DNA of 64,000 nt. Source: Eledone cirrhosa (Eukaryota). Shown here in pieces: positions 1 to 14,332 of this stretch; position 1 is the first letter of the stretch; every line of letters starts with the position of its first letter. The position numbers and the translations under genes were made by a program. The notes under the pieces are model-generated. The model saw nothing but the letters and a program-made list of their open reading frames with translations. It was not told the origin of the DNA and searched no databases. The stretch covers positions 182,900,001 through 182,964,000 of the forward strand of contig OZ024743.1 in assembly GCA_964016885.1 (NCBI GenBank). The letters are read 5' to 3'.

Positions 1-3000
1 TGATAAAGTGCACCTAACCTACTCTATACATTGGTAGTGTTGGTGCCATGATAAAATGCACCTAACCTACTCTGTGATAGTGTTGGTGCCATAATAAAAT
101 GCACCTAACCTACTCTATACATTGGTAGTGTTGATGCCATGATAAAGTGCACCTAACCTACTCTGTGGTTGTTTGGTGCCATGATAAAATGCACCTAACC
201 TACTCTGTACATTGGTAGTGTTGGTGCCATGATAAAGTGCACCTAACCTACTCTGTACATTGGTAGTGTTGGTGCCATAATAAAATGCACCTAACCTACT
301 CTGTACATTGGTAGTGTTGGTGCCATGATAACATACACCTAAACTTCTCTGTACATTGGTAGTGTTGCTGCCATTATAAAGTGCACCTAACCTACTCTAT
401 ACATTGGTAGTGTTGGTGCCATGATAAAGTGCACCTAACCTACTCTATACATTGGTAGTGTTGGTGCCATGATAAAGTGCACCTAACCTACTCTATACAT
501 TGGTAGTGTTGGTGCCATGATAAAGTGCACCTAACCTACTCTATACATTGGTAGTGTTGGTGCCATGATAAAGTGCACCTAACCTACTCTGTACATTGGT
601 AGTGTTGGTGCCATGATAAAATGCACCTAACCTACTCTGTACATTGGTAGTGTTGGTGCCATGATAAAGTGCACCTAACCTACTCTATACATTGGTAGTG
701 TTGGTGCCATGATAAAGTGCACCTAACCTACTCTGTACATTGGTAGTGTTGGTGCCATTATAAAATGCACCTAACTTACTCTGTACATTGGTAGTGTTGG
801 TGCCATGATAAAGTGCACCTAACCTACTCTATACTTTGGTAGTGTTGGTGCCATGATAAAGTGCACCTAACCTACTCTGTACATTGGTAGTGTTGGTGCC
901 ATGATAAAATGCACCTAACCTACTCTGTACATTGTTAGTGTTGGTGCCATGATAAAGTGCACCTAACCTACTCTATACATTGTTAGTGTTGGTGCCATGA
1001 TAACATGCACCTAACCTACTCTGTATATTGGTAGTGTTGGTGCCATTATAAAGTGCACCTAACCTACTCTATACATTGGTAGTGTTGGTGCCATGATAAA
1101 GTGCACCTAACCTACTCTATACATTGGTAGTGTTGGTGCCATGATAAAGTGCACCTAACCTACTCTATACATTGGTAGTGTTGGTGCCATGATAAAGTGC
1201 ACCTAACCTACTCTGTGGTAGTGTTGGTGCCATGATAAAGTGCACCTAACCTACTCTATACATTGGTAGTGTTGGTGCCATTATAAAGTGCACCTAACCT
1301 ACTCTATACATTGGTAGTGTTGGTGCCATGATAAAGTGCACCTAACCTACTCTGTGGTAGTGTTGGTGCCATGATAAAGTGCACCTAACCTACTCTATAC
1401 ATTGGTAGTGTTGGTGCCATGATAACATGCACCTAACCTACTCTGTATATTGGTAGTGTTGGTGCCATTATAAAGTGCACCTAACCTACTCTGTACATTG
1501 GTAGTGTTGGTGCCATGATAAAGTGCACCTAACCTACTCTGTACATTGGTAGTATTGGTGCCATGATAAAGTGCACCTAACCTACTCTGTGGTAGTGTTG
1601 GTGCCATAATAAAGTGCACCTAACCTACTCTGTATATTGGTAGTGTTGGTGCCATAATAAAGTGCACCTAACCTACTCTATACATTGGTAGTGTTGGTGC
1701 TATGATAAATTGCACCTAACCTACTCTGTACATTGGTAGTGTCGGTGCCATGATAAAGTGCACCTAACCTACTCTGTACATTGGTAGTGTTGGTGCCATG
1801 ATAAATTGCACCTAACCTACTCTATACATTGGTAGTGTTGGTGCCATGATAAAGTGTACCTAACCTACTCTGTACATTGGTAGTGTTGGTGCCATGATAA
1901 AGTGCACCTAACCTACTCTGTACATTGGTAGTGTTGGTGCCATGATAAATTGCACCTAACCTACTCTATACATTGGTAGTGTTGGTGCCATGATAAAGTG
2001 TACCTAACCTACTCTGTACATTGGTAGTGTTGGTGCCATGATAAAGTGCACCTAACCTACTCTATACATTGGTAGTGTTGGTGCTATGATAAAGTGCACC
2101 TAACCTACTCTATACATTGGTAGTGTTGGTGCCATGATAAAGTGCACCTAACCTACTCTGTGGTAGTGTTGGTGCCATAATAAAATGCACCTAACCTACT
2201 CTGTGGTAGTGTTGGTGCCATGATAAAGTGCACCTAACCTACTCTGTACATTGGTAGTGTTGGTGCCATGATAAAGTGCACCTAACCTACTCTATACATT
2301 GGTAGTGTTGGTGCCATGATAAAGTGCACCTAACCTACTCTGTACATTGGTAGTGTTGGTGCCATGATAAAATGCACCTAACCTACTCTGTACATTGGTA
2401 GTTTTGGTGCCATGATAAAATGCACCTAACCTACTCTGTACATTGGTAGTGTTGGTGCCATGATAAAGTGCACCTAACCTACTCTGTACATTGGTAGTTT
2501 TGGTGCCATGATAAAGTGCACCTAACCTACTCTGTACATTGGTAGTTTTGGTGCCATGATAAAGTGCACCTAACCTACTCTGTACATCGGTAGTTTTGGT
2601 GCCATGATAAAGTGCACCTAACCTACTCTGTACATTGGTAGTGTTGGTGCCATGATAACATACACCTAAACTTCTCTGTACATTGGTAGTGTTGCTGCCA
2701 TTATAAAGTGCACTTAACCTACTCTATACATTGGTAGTGTTGGTGCCATTATAAAGTGCACCTAACCTACTCTATACATTGGTAGTGTTGGTGCCATGAT
2801 AAAGTGCACCTAACCTACTCTGTGGTAGTGTTGGTGCCATGATAAAGTGCACCTAACCTACTCTATACATTGGTAGTGTTGGTGCCATGATAACATGCAC
2901 CTAACCTACTCTGTATATTGGTAGTGTTGGTGCCATTATAAAGTGCACCTAACCTACTCTGTACATTGGTAGTGTTGGTGCCATGATAAAGTGCACCTAA

Positions 3001-5385
3001 CCTACTCTGTACATTGGTAGTATTGGTGCCATGATAAAGTGCACCTAACCTACTCTGTGGTAGTGTTGGTGCCATAATAAAGTGCACCTAACCTACTCTG
3101 TATATTGGTAGTGTTGGTGCCATAATAAAGTGCACCTAACCTACTCTATACATTGGTAGTGTTGGTGCCATGATAAATTGCACCTAACCTACTCTGTACA
3201 TTGGTAGTGTCGGTGCCATGATAAAGTGCACCTAACCTACTCTGTACATTGGTAGTGTTGGTGCCATGATAAATTGCACCTAACCTACTCTATACATTGG
3301 TAGTGTTGGTGCCATGATAAAGTGTACCTAACCTACTCTGTACATTGGTAGTGTTGGTGCCATGATAAAGTGCACCTAACCTACTCTGTACATTGGTAGT
3401 GTTGGTGCCATGATAAATTGCACCTAACCTACTCTATACATTGGTAGTGTTGGTGCCATGATAAAGTGTACCTAACCTACTCTGTACATTGGTAGTGTTG
3501 GTGCCATGATAAAGTGCACCTAACCTACTCTATACATTGGTAGTGTTGGTGCTATGATAAAGTGCACCTAACCTACTCTATACATTGGTAGTGTTGGTGC
3601 CATGATAAAGTGCACCTAACCTACTCTGTGGTAGTGTTGGTGCCATAATAAAATGCACCTAACCTACTCTGTGGTAGTGTTGGTGCCATGATAAAGTGCA
3701 CCTAACCTACTCTGTACATTGGTAGTGTTGGTGCCATGATAAAGTGCACCTAACCTACTCTATACATTGGTAGTGTTGGTGCTATGATAAAGTGCACCTA
3801 ACAAACTCTGTACATTGGTAGTGTTGGTGCCATGATAAAGTGCACCTAACCTACTCTGTGGTAGTGTTGGTGCCATATTAAAATGCACCTAACCTACTCT
3901 GTGGTAGTGTTGGTGCCATAATAAAATGCACCTAACCTACTCTGTGGTAGTGTTGGTGCCATGATAAAGTGCACCTAACCTACTCTGTACATTGGTAGTG
4001 TTGGTGTCATGATAAAGTGCACCTAACCTACTCTGTACATTGGTAGTGTTGGTGCCATAATAAAGTGCACCTAACCTACTCTGTGGTAGTGTTGGTGCCA
4101 TGATAAAATGCACCTAACCTACTCTGTACATTGGTAGTGTTGGTGCCATGATAAAGTGCACCTAACCTACTCTGTGGTAGTGTTGGTGCCATGATAAAGT
4201 GCACCTAACCTACTCTGTACATTGGTAGTGTTGGTGCCATAATAAAGTGCACCTAACCTACTCTATACATTGGTAGTGTTGGTGCCATAATAAAGTGCAC
4301 CTAACCTACTCTGTGGTAGTGTTGGTGCCATTATAAAGTGCATCTAACCTACTCTATACATTGGTAGTGTTGATGCCATGATAAAGTGCACCTAACCTAC
4401 TCTGTGGTAGTGTTGGTGCCATGATAAAATGCACCTAACCTACTCTGTACATTGGTAGTGTTGGTGCCATGATAAAGTGCACCTAACCTACTCTATACAT
4501 TGGTAGTGTTGGTGCCATGATAAAGTACACCTAACCTACTCTATACATTGGTAGTGTTGGTGCCATGATAAAGTGCACCTAACCTACTCTGTGGTAGTGT
4601 TGGTGCCATGATAAAATGCACCTAACCTACTCTGTACATTGGTAGTGTTGGTGCCATGATAAAGTGCACCTAACCTACTCTGTGGTAGTGTTGGTGCCAT
4701 GATAAATTGCACCTAACCTACTCTGTGGTAGTGTTGGTGCCATGATAAAGTGCACCTAACCTACTCTATACATTGGTAGTGTTGGTGCCATGATAAAGTG
4801 CACCTAACCTACTCTATACATTGGTAGTGTTGGTGCCATGATAAATTGCACCTAACCTACTCCGTGGTAGTGTTGGTGCCATGATAAAATGCACCTAACC
4901 TACTCTGTACATTGGTAGTGTTGGTGCCATGATAAAGTGCACCTAACCTACTCTATACATTGGTAGTGTTGGTGCCATGATAAAGTGCACCTAACCTACT
5001 CTATACATTGGTAGTGTTGGTGCCATGATAAAGTGCACCTAACCTACTCTATACATTGGTAGTGTTGGTGCCATGATAAATTGCACCTAACCTACTCTGT
5101 GGTAGTGTTGGTGCCATGATAAAATGCACCTAACCTACTCTGTACATTGGTAGTGTTGGTGCCATGATAAAGTGCACCTAACCTACTCTATACATTGGTA
5201 GTGTTGGTGCCATGATAAAGTACACCTAACCTACTCTGTACATTGGTAGTGTTGGTGCCATGATAAAGTGCACCTAACCTACTCTGTGCATTGGTAGTGT
5301 TGGTGCCATAATAAAGTGCACCTAACCTACTCTGTGGTAGTGTTGGTGCCATCATAAAGTGCACCTAACCTACTCTGTACATTGG
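1..5385. repeat. 48-bp tandem satellite/minisatellite (with 42-bp deletion variants); runs off the left edge
   Basis: Over 100 head-to-tail copies of TGATAAAGTGCACCTAACCTACTCT(A/G)TACATTGGTAGTGTTGGTGCCA. Variant units lack 6 bp (…ACTCTGTGGTAG…). No spacers between units. Confidence 0.97.
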
Positions 5386-5754
5386 TCTGGGATCTTGTTG
5401 ATCATTTCGATGAATTAATTGTAGTAAAAGGAATGTTATTATCAATGGGTTATAGGAAGATGAAGAGACCCACTTACAATTTTACATCTAATGGCTCAGT
5501 TGAAAGGGCTGCACTCAAATATTTTGATCTTAAGGGAAGGAATTTCATCAACTATATTTTATAACCTGTTAAAAAGTAAATGAATAGATAATTAAGAATG
5601 GCTGTAAACCTATATTTTTAAATATGTGAAGATATGTATAAATCGTACATGCTGGAAAAAATACTGCATAGATTAAAAACGATGGTTGTCCATTGCAATT
5701 AGTATTAGTTGAGGCACTAGCACCTTTTATGTTAGGAGAATCAACTGTTGTAAT

Positions 5755-5908
5755 TGATTTAGTGCAATGGTTAATACTGATTTAGTGCAATGGTTAATAC
5801 TGATTTAGTGCAATGGTTAATACTGATTTAGTGCAATGGTTAATACTGATTTAGTGCAATGATTAATACTGATTTAGTGCAATGGTTAATACTGATTTAG
5901 TGCAATGG
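5755..5908. repeat. 23-bp minisatellite, about 6.7 copies
   Basis: TGATTTAGTGCAATGGTTAATAC in tandem, directly visible. Confidence 0.95.
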
Positions 5909-6135
5909 GATTTGAAGTCAGAATGTAAAGAACCATAACTAAATTCTGCAAGACAATTTGTCTGATGCTTTAACAAGTCTGCTAATTAAAACTCTGAATA
6001 TATAAGATTTTTCAGCAGCACTTAAAAGTTCCTTCTGGAGTTGATAAAATGTAGTACCAGTCATGTACTGCAGTTAGTCTAATTGATTTTCCCCTCTCCC
6101 TAGTACTTAACTGGTACTCTATTTTATTGACTCCA
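5908..6135. mobile_element. Degenerate SINE remnants
   Basis: GGATTTGAAGTCAGAATGTAAAG, GTTGATAAAATGTAGTACCAG and CTGGTACTCTATTTTATTGAC resemble cephalopod tRNA-SINE segments as I recall them; highly diverged. Confidence 0.35.
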
Positions 6136-6234
6136 GATTCATAACATAGGTTTCAAATCGCATATAGTCGATTGACAATGCCAATTTTCTTTTATTTTCT
6201 CTATAGTTTACTTTCTCTATTAGTTTATTTACAA

Positions 6235-7921
6235 TTAGCTGAATTACCCGGCATTGCCTGGTTACTGCAGTTCTTATTCAGATTAGTAAACAATAAATAT
6301 GAAAATATGTTTTTTTTTCTCATAATTATTTCAAAATATCAATATTTTATTTTAAAAATATCAAAATTGTAATGATAATAGAATTTAGAAATGAAAATCT
6401 GTCAATCTTGAAGCACCTTAGGGTAAACAATATTCATTGTGCAATTTTTTGTTGGTATCCAAATGAATAAATTGTTGCTACACACTCACACACATACACT
6501 CTCACATACACATACTAAGACTAACACACACAGACATACATTCATGCAGACAAACGCATAGCTTTTCATCTCATTTTTTTATCAGTCGTCACATATGTAT
6601 ATGTATGTGTAGATGTGTGTGTGTGTATTTAATACATATTCATATACAAAATGTGACGTGTTGTTTTCTATTGTTTTAATCCAAATCATCATCATCATCA
6701 TCATTATCGTTTAACATCTATCTTCCACGCTAGCACGGGTTATACACTCACACACACACATACACTCTTACATACACTCACACACATATACACTCTCATA
6801 TACACTCACACACACTCTCGCATACACTCACATACATATACTAAGACAGACATGCATTTGCACACACCTATTACTTGTCTGTCAACACATATGTATCTGT
6901 ATGTGTAGATGTGTGTGTGTGCTTAATTCTCTGAGGCCTAACGTATGTAACAAACTCGCAAACACACACACACTCACAGGTACATACACACTCATATACA
7001 AAATGTGACGTGGTGGTGGTGGGGGTTTACTATAGTTGACTATAGAAAGATCATTTTAGATAAAATGTTATATTGTTTTACTCCAAATGAAAATAAAAAT
7101 TACATGTTGACACTCCTGCGGTCTAATAAAATTTGATTTGATTTGGTTGAACTGTTTGAGAATGCATTGGAACAGACAGAGAGACAAAGAATTATATATA
7201 TGGAGAGATTGTATAAATAATATAAAGAAAAAAAGAAAAAAAAAACATACACAAGCAGGTAATACATACATCTTGGAACACATACAACAAAAGGCAAGCG
7301 AAAGGGGTGGACAAACAAACCACTGCCAGAACAAAAGATAATAATATCGCAAGGAGTACTGAAAAACCTCTCTAATAATGTTTAAGGCAAGCAGCCTCAC
7401 TTCCAGTAACTAATAAAAAATATGAGACCACCTGTGACCCGTTGGATTACGTTCACTTAAAAATAATTTTAAATAATTAAAATATACACAGACATGTATA
7501 TAATGTGAAATGAAACTGGAAGACCCATATATATACCTGTGTGTATATATAAATGTGTGTTTCTGTATACTTATATATATATGTATGTGTGTGTGTATAT
7601 ATATATATGTGGGTGTCTGCGATCTATATACACACCACCACCACCAGCCCCCTCTCTCTCTCTGTCTCCTCTCCCTCTGTCTCTCTTTCAATCTACTCTC
7701 TCACAACCACTATCTCTTTCTCTCTCTCTCTGTTTATGAAGGTACCTGGAAAAACTCCATATCTCGGGAACCTGTGCTCCGATTTACACAAAATTTGTTT
7801 TATTCCATTTGTATTCCCATTTGAGGGTCAACTTCTTTCAAAGTATTTTCCCATTATGCGCCCTTTTGGCTGTATTACATTACAGACAAGCAAGCAGGCA
7901 ATCAGAGTTTTAGTAATATAC
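6235..7921 (-). mobile_element. Putative non-autonomous Helitron-like element with internal (CA)n duplication and insertions
   Basis: Minus strand ends in hairpin ACCAGGCAATGCCGGGT followed by AATTCAG-CTAA|T, matching the Helitron CTRR 3' end. The same motif occurs at 61668. The distal boundary is uncertain. Confidence 0.4.
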
Positions 7922-7963
7922 TACACCACCCGTGACCTGTTGGGGTCATGTTCACTTCAAAAT

Positions 7964-8472
7964 CATCATTATCATCATCATCATCATCATTTTACGTCCA
8001 CTTTTCCCTCCTTACAAGTCCTATTCAGCACAGCATCTCTCCATTCATCACAGTCCTTAGTCATCTCCTCTGTGAGCTTCAGCAAATGGGGTCAGCTCTC
8101 ACCACCTCAACCCATTATTTTCGTGGTCTTCCTCTACTGCGTCTTCCTTCCACTGGGATTTCTTGGTACTTCTTTACCCAGCAGTCATCCTCCATGCACA
8201 TCACATGTCCATACCATCGCCGTCTTCACTCCCACACACCACAACTTATCCCTCTTATACACAGTTTCTCTCTAAACTCGTCAATGCTTGGTTGTGCACG
8301 CACATTGACATTGCACATCCAATGGAGCATGCTTGCTTCATTTCTCTCCAGCCGTTGCATATCCTCTGCAGTTGCTGCCCATGTCTCACTACCATGCAGC
8401 ATCGCTCATCTCACACAGGCATTTCGTTCGTAGGGAGAAACCCTTCTTTGTCAGCAGAGAAAGCAGCTCCTT
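7964..8472 (-). mobile_element. 5'-truncated, diverged RTE-clade LINE 3' fragment (third family)
   Basis: Minus strand is homologous to the post-RT region of the other RTE copies (RRWYGHVM motif) and ends in GGACGTAAA plus a (GAT)n tail. Confidence 0.8.
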
Positions 8473-8979
8473 AAAGACTCCCCCTTTGTCCAGGTAAAAT
8501 ATCGATAAAATTGACTTTGCACAGAAAAAAATCTCTATATCTATAAAAATCAAATAGAAAGAGTGAGAGTGAAAGAAACAGACAGACTAAAAGAGGGGGA
8601 TAGCGGGAGAGAGAGAGAGAGAGAAAGCGACAGACGCTGTGTTTGATACATGACAGTGGAAGAGGGGAAGGAAAGCTATAACTAATTAACATGTGTGCGT
8701 GCGCGCGTGTATGTGTTCGTGAAGAGTTAAATCTTTCACTAAGAGTTAAATCTATTAACACGTGTGTGTACGTGCACACATGCGTGCGTGAATTTGCGTG
8801 CGTTTGAGAGTTTGCGTGCGTTTGAGCCTTTGCGTGCGCGCACGTGCGTGCATTTATATATATATATATGCACGCACGCGCGCGCGCGCAAACCCTCAAA
8901 CGCACGCACGCATATATATATATTTATTAATATTTTGAAGTAATATATATATATATTACTTAAAAATATTAATAAATAT

Positions 8980-10078
8980 AGACATTCATGTGATCAAATA
9001 TATTTTATTATACATATTTCAGAGGTACTGAGCTATTTCATCAGTACGTCCTCATCAGATAAAATAAATTTATGTCTGACATACCTCAACTGTGCTGATG
9101 GTTCAATTGTGATTAGTTATGACAAAACTCAATATTTATATACCATAAGATGTAACATGAAAAACTACATATAATAAAGAGGGTATGTAGGAAGATGTGT
9201 ATAAAAATATATAATAATAAATATATATAAAGGCAAGTAATATATATAAACATAAAACTACATAACTGTTAAAAATTTAAATAATAAAATATGTATAGCT
9301 CCGTATTATGGAGGGAGCAAATGAGAGAGGGAGAGAGAGCTAACAGGAGGAGAGAGAGAGAAAAGGAAAGAGAGATGATAGTAAAAATAAAGAAAGGGAG
9401 ATATGTATGGTAACATATAATTACATGAGAAGGAGAATCAAGGTAGATGATGCGTGACCGTTTTTTTTCAAAACAATCAATTAATTAAATAACTTGAAAT
9501 TTTTAGACTATAATATTTGGAAGAACCTATATTATTGTATTATATCAAAATTAAAACAAATATAAAGTGAAAAAGATAATTTAACATAACTCCAAGGGTA
9601 ATCAAGAGTATATTTAAATTATTAAATATAGTCAATAATTTAGTTAGAAAGATTAAAATTAAAAATGTTATTAATTAACCATAAAGCTTATAAATGTAGT
9701 AAATATGATATTATTAAACCAGATTTATTTAGATATAAGCATTTGTATAGTTCATATATAAACTATAAGATTTAAATCGATATTTGTCAATTATATATAA
9801 TATTAATTATTAGTTATAATTACACTTAAGAGTGTTATAAATTTGATTTAACTAAATTTTACTGTATTCATAATTATACATCAAGTTAAGTACAGATTAT
9901 TAATCAATTTAGATAAAACGAAACTTTTATACGATAAATGTAAACAATATCCTCGTAAGACGTAAACAAACATTTAAAGTAATTAAACGGTTTACGAGTC
10001 TGAAGACATTACAGGTATCAAATTTATAAGATACAAGATTTAAAAATACGAAATCAAAACTAAATTTATTTAAACATT
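8980..10078 (-). mobile_element. Penelope-like (Naiad-type) 3' non-coding/pLTR fragment
   Basis: Same layout as 12243-13213 on the opposite strand: AT-rich region, pyrimidine tract on the sense strand, then a terminal hammerhead. Flanked by (TA)n. Confidence 0.6.
9001..9066 (-). ncRNA. Type I hammerhead ribozyme motif
   Basis: Minus strand: TATTTTAT-CTGATGA-ggacGTACTGA(loop)TCAGTACctct-GAAA-TATGTA-TA-ATAAAATA. Stem I is 8 bp, the core is intact and stem III is short and near-palindromic. Confidence 0.8.
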
Positions 10079-10153
10079 ATATATATATATATGTAGGAGG
10101 TGAGTTTTATTGTAGTACAATAAAGCAATGCAGATATTGAAGCCTCTGAGATT

Positions 10154-11452
10154 ATGTCAAAACTTGGCATTGAAAAAAAGACCGAACCATTCCTCCCAAG
10201 AACTCCGAGGATAAATCTCAAGGATCACAAAAACAATTTTCGCACTGAACTACCTGTTAGATTAATCGCCCCCTCTAAATCTGATCTGGGGGTTGTTAGT
10301 AAAGCCATCTTGGATAGAATTATCCCACAGGTTTGTTCTAATTGCTCTTCTTTGAACTTAAATTTATGGTTTGGTACTTCTGAAGTGATTGGCTGGTTCA
10401 ACAAATTGGATAATAAAAACAAACTAAAATTTATTCAATTTGATATTGCCAGCTACTATTCCTCCATTTCGCCTTCACTTCTCAATAATGCTCTATCTTT
10501 CGCACTTAAATATTCTGACATCACCACAGATGAACTTCACATCATCCTCACCGCACGTAAAACCATCCTAGAGTTCAACAACGAATATTGGACCAGAGCC
10601 GATACCTCTAACAACTTCGACATCACAATGGGAGCATCCGATTCATCCCAATTGACTGATTTAATTGGTATCTTTATTTTGAACTCTTTGAGTCGGAAAA
10701 TTCCTCAACTTCGCGGTGGAATTTATCGTGACGATGGACTCTTTACTATCTTAAATTGCAATATAGTTAACCTTAATATTATTAAGAACAATATACGTAA
10801 TCTCTTTAACCAACATAACCTAAAAATTGAATTTGATAACAATATCAAACTAGCTAATTTCTTGGATGTATCTCTTAATCTTGACACTGGCCTATATTAC
10901 CCTTACCATAAAAACAATGAGAACCTAAATTATGTTAACTTTAAATCTAACCATCCTACCAATATCAAGAATGCTATAGTTAGTAATATTGGAAAAAGAA
11001 TATCTAACATATCTTCTAATAAAAACATCTTTGATGCTAACGCCAATTACTATAATAACGCACTTTCTAAAGCCGGCTATCCTGATAAAATCAAATATAG
11101 TAAAGAAACAAATTCTAGAAGAACTTACAGTAGAATAATTAATCATGATCATTCCAATAACTTTAATAAAAGACCTAGATACAAAAACATAATCTGGTAT
11201 AATGCTCCTTTCTCCATCTCTATTAATAACAATATTCCTAAATTATTCTTTAGTGCCTTAAATAAATGCTTCCCTCCCTCACATATCTATAGTAAAATAT
11301 TTAACAAACACACCATAAAATTTTCTTATTCTACATCCTCCAATATTTCCAACATTATCTCTAAACACAACAATAAAATACTAAATACTAAATCTCTTCC
11401 TTCCAACACTGAATTTCATAATAACAGTAATAGTAACCCGACGTCATTGTAA
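10154..11452 (+). pseudogene. PLE reverse transcriptase (N-truncated; frame breaks in the Asn/Ser-rich linker)
   Basis: Motifs LKDHKNNF..VRLIAPSKSDLG, FIQFDIASYY, FDITMGASDS, GIYRDDGL, NFLDVSLNL, SNHP and IIWYNAPFS are typical of Naiad/Chlamys-group PLE RTs. Confidence 0.88.
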
Positions 11453-11599
11453 ACCCTAGGCTAATTTCTGTAAACCCAAATACAACGTCAAACACAACTT
11501 CGCTAAATGTTCATAATTCAACTCTAAATCATTCCTATCGCAAACAACTTCTCCAATCCAATTCCTTCTATAGATAACACTAGGTCACTCATTAATAAT

Positions 11600-12242
11600 C
11601 TCTCTAATTGCAATTGCAATTGCCCTATTAAAAATAAATGTCCTCTCAACAACCATTGTCTTGATAAAAACTTAATTTATGAATGTAAAGTTATAACTAA
11701 CAAGTTACTAACTGTTCAAGTATGAAGACGCAGAAGAAACCTTCTTCCAAAAGATGGTATATTTAATGTTTTTGTCTTTCAAGGACCATATGAGTTCTGA
11801 GAGAGCCGTGTTGGTTCTTTTAAGTTTGTATTTAAAAGATGAATGATGATTATAGAGACGAGCTTTAAAAGAGGTGGAAGTGGAGCCAAAATAGGTGAAG
11901 GAATTGTCCTTCACCTATTTTGGCTCCACTTCCACCTCTTTTAAAGCTCGTCTCTATAATCATCATTCATCTTTTAAATACAAACTTAAAAGAACCAACA
12001 CGGCTCTCTCAGAACTCATATGGTCCTTGAAAGACAAAAACATTAAATATACCATCTTTTGGAAGAAGGTTTCTTCTGCGTCTTCATACTTGAACAGTTC
12101 TATATCTAAAATCTGCAATCTCTGCCTAAATGAAAAATTTACCATTATCTCTAATCTAGATTCTATAATAAATAGACGAACTGACTTGTTTTCTATCTGC
12201 TTGCATAAATTCCATAAAACATTTCACAAAGTATACAGCTAA
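11600..12242 (+). pseudogene. GIY-YIG endonuclease of the PLE, interrupted by an inverted duplication (11710-11902)
   Basis: CNCPIKNKCPLNNHCLDKNLIYEC (about 11615-11690), then YFGSTSTSFKARLYNH..TALSELIWSLK..CNLCLNEK..INRR..CLH. Confidence 0.85.
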
Positions 12243-13104
12243 TATTCAATTCTTTATCAATTTAGAATCTTTTTCTCAAAGGCACATATACATACACCTC
12301 TTTTAAAATATACCCATCTTCCTACCTTATTTCAAAGGGTATTATACACTCTATAATACTTGTTTACTCATTACCCTTACTCTATTTTCACCTTGTAAAA
12401 TCCTTCGTAAACATATACATTTGTTTTGACGCCAGATTATTCATCCTTAATTCATTATTTTTTTCTCCCTATCATGTAACTCATTCTCAATACATATTAA
12501 CTTTTTCTTCGCACATATTATCAATTCCTTCAATATACAAACCTTAACTTCACATTATTTTTCTCAAACCCTTCAATATACAAACCTTAACTTTACATTT
12601 TTTTCTCTTCGTTAATTTTCAAATTTCCATAATACTTGTAAACATACACACTTTTTTTGACGTCAGAATGTTCATCCGCAATTCATTATTCTCTTCTCTC
12701 TATCATCAAACTCATTATTCTAATACATATTAACTCCCTCTCCTTCCTCGCACATATTTTTCCCTTTGTTAATTTTCAAATTCTTTTAATTTATACATTA
12801 TCTTCCAACGGTTTTCAACCTCTCTATGTAAAACAATATATCTTTCTCAGTTATAAAAACTATCTCTCTCTCTCTATCACCCATCTCTCCTCCTATCTCA
12901 TCCTTCCTCATTATATTCCTCCCTCTCCACCTTCACTCTCATCTCCTCCTCTTTTTTTCATCCTTTCCACCCCTCCCCCCAACCCCCCTCTAAATAAAAT
13001 ATTTTTTTCCCAATATCACACATCAATCTAAAACTACTTCTCATATGTTGATTTAAAACTGCACTATCCACAAGTGTTTTTTAGCCTTCATATCATGTCC
13101 TCCT

Positions 13105-13173
13105 GTTTTATCTGATGAAAACACAAATATTATTGCATGATGATGTTTGTTTTTGAAATGCGCATAATAAAAT
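13105..13173 (+). ncRNA. Type I hammerhead ribozyme in the PLE 3' end (pLTR)
   Basis: GTTTTAT-CTGATGA(13112)-long stem II (ACAAATA/TGTTTGT)-GAAA(13155)-TGCGCA-TA-ATAAAAT. Stem III is the perfect palindrome ATGCGCAT. Confidence 0.85.
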
Positions 13174-13213
13174 ACATGGAACTCCTTTAACCATCTTTTG
13201 TTCTTATATATTA

Positions 13214-14332
<1,119 letters not shown>

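Larger units (their letters stand above)
10093..13213 (+). mobile_element. 5'-truncated Penelope-like element, Naiad-type (RT + C-terminal GIY-YIG), in (TA)n
   Basis: 5' tail at 10093-10138, RT ORF, Cys-rich linker, GIY-YIG with an internal inversion, long 3' UTR with pyrimidine tract, and a hammerhead at the 3' end. Confidence 0.88.

Noticed and set aside
1-5385. CRISPR array or repetitive protein gene in the 48-bp repeats
   Set aside because: Units are contiguous with no unique spacers, there are no cas genes and the context is eukaryotic. The short ORFs at 1395 and 2863 arise by chance from a unit length divisible by 3.
10154-13213. Selenoprotein-type Naiad (in-frame UGA + SECIS)
   Set aside because: No in-frame TGA in the readable RT or GIY-YIG frames and no convincing SECIS by eye. 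A SECISearch run on the family consensus would settle it.
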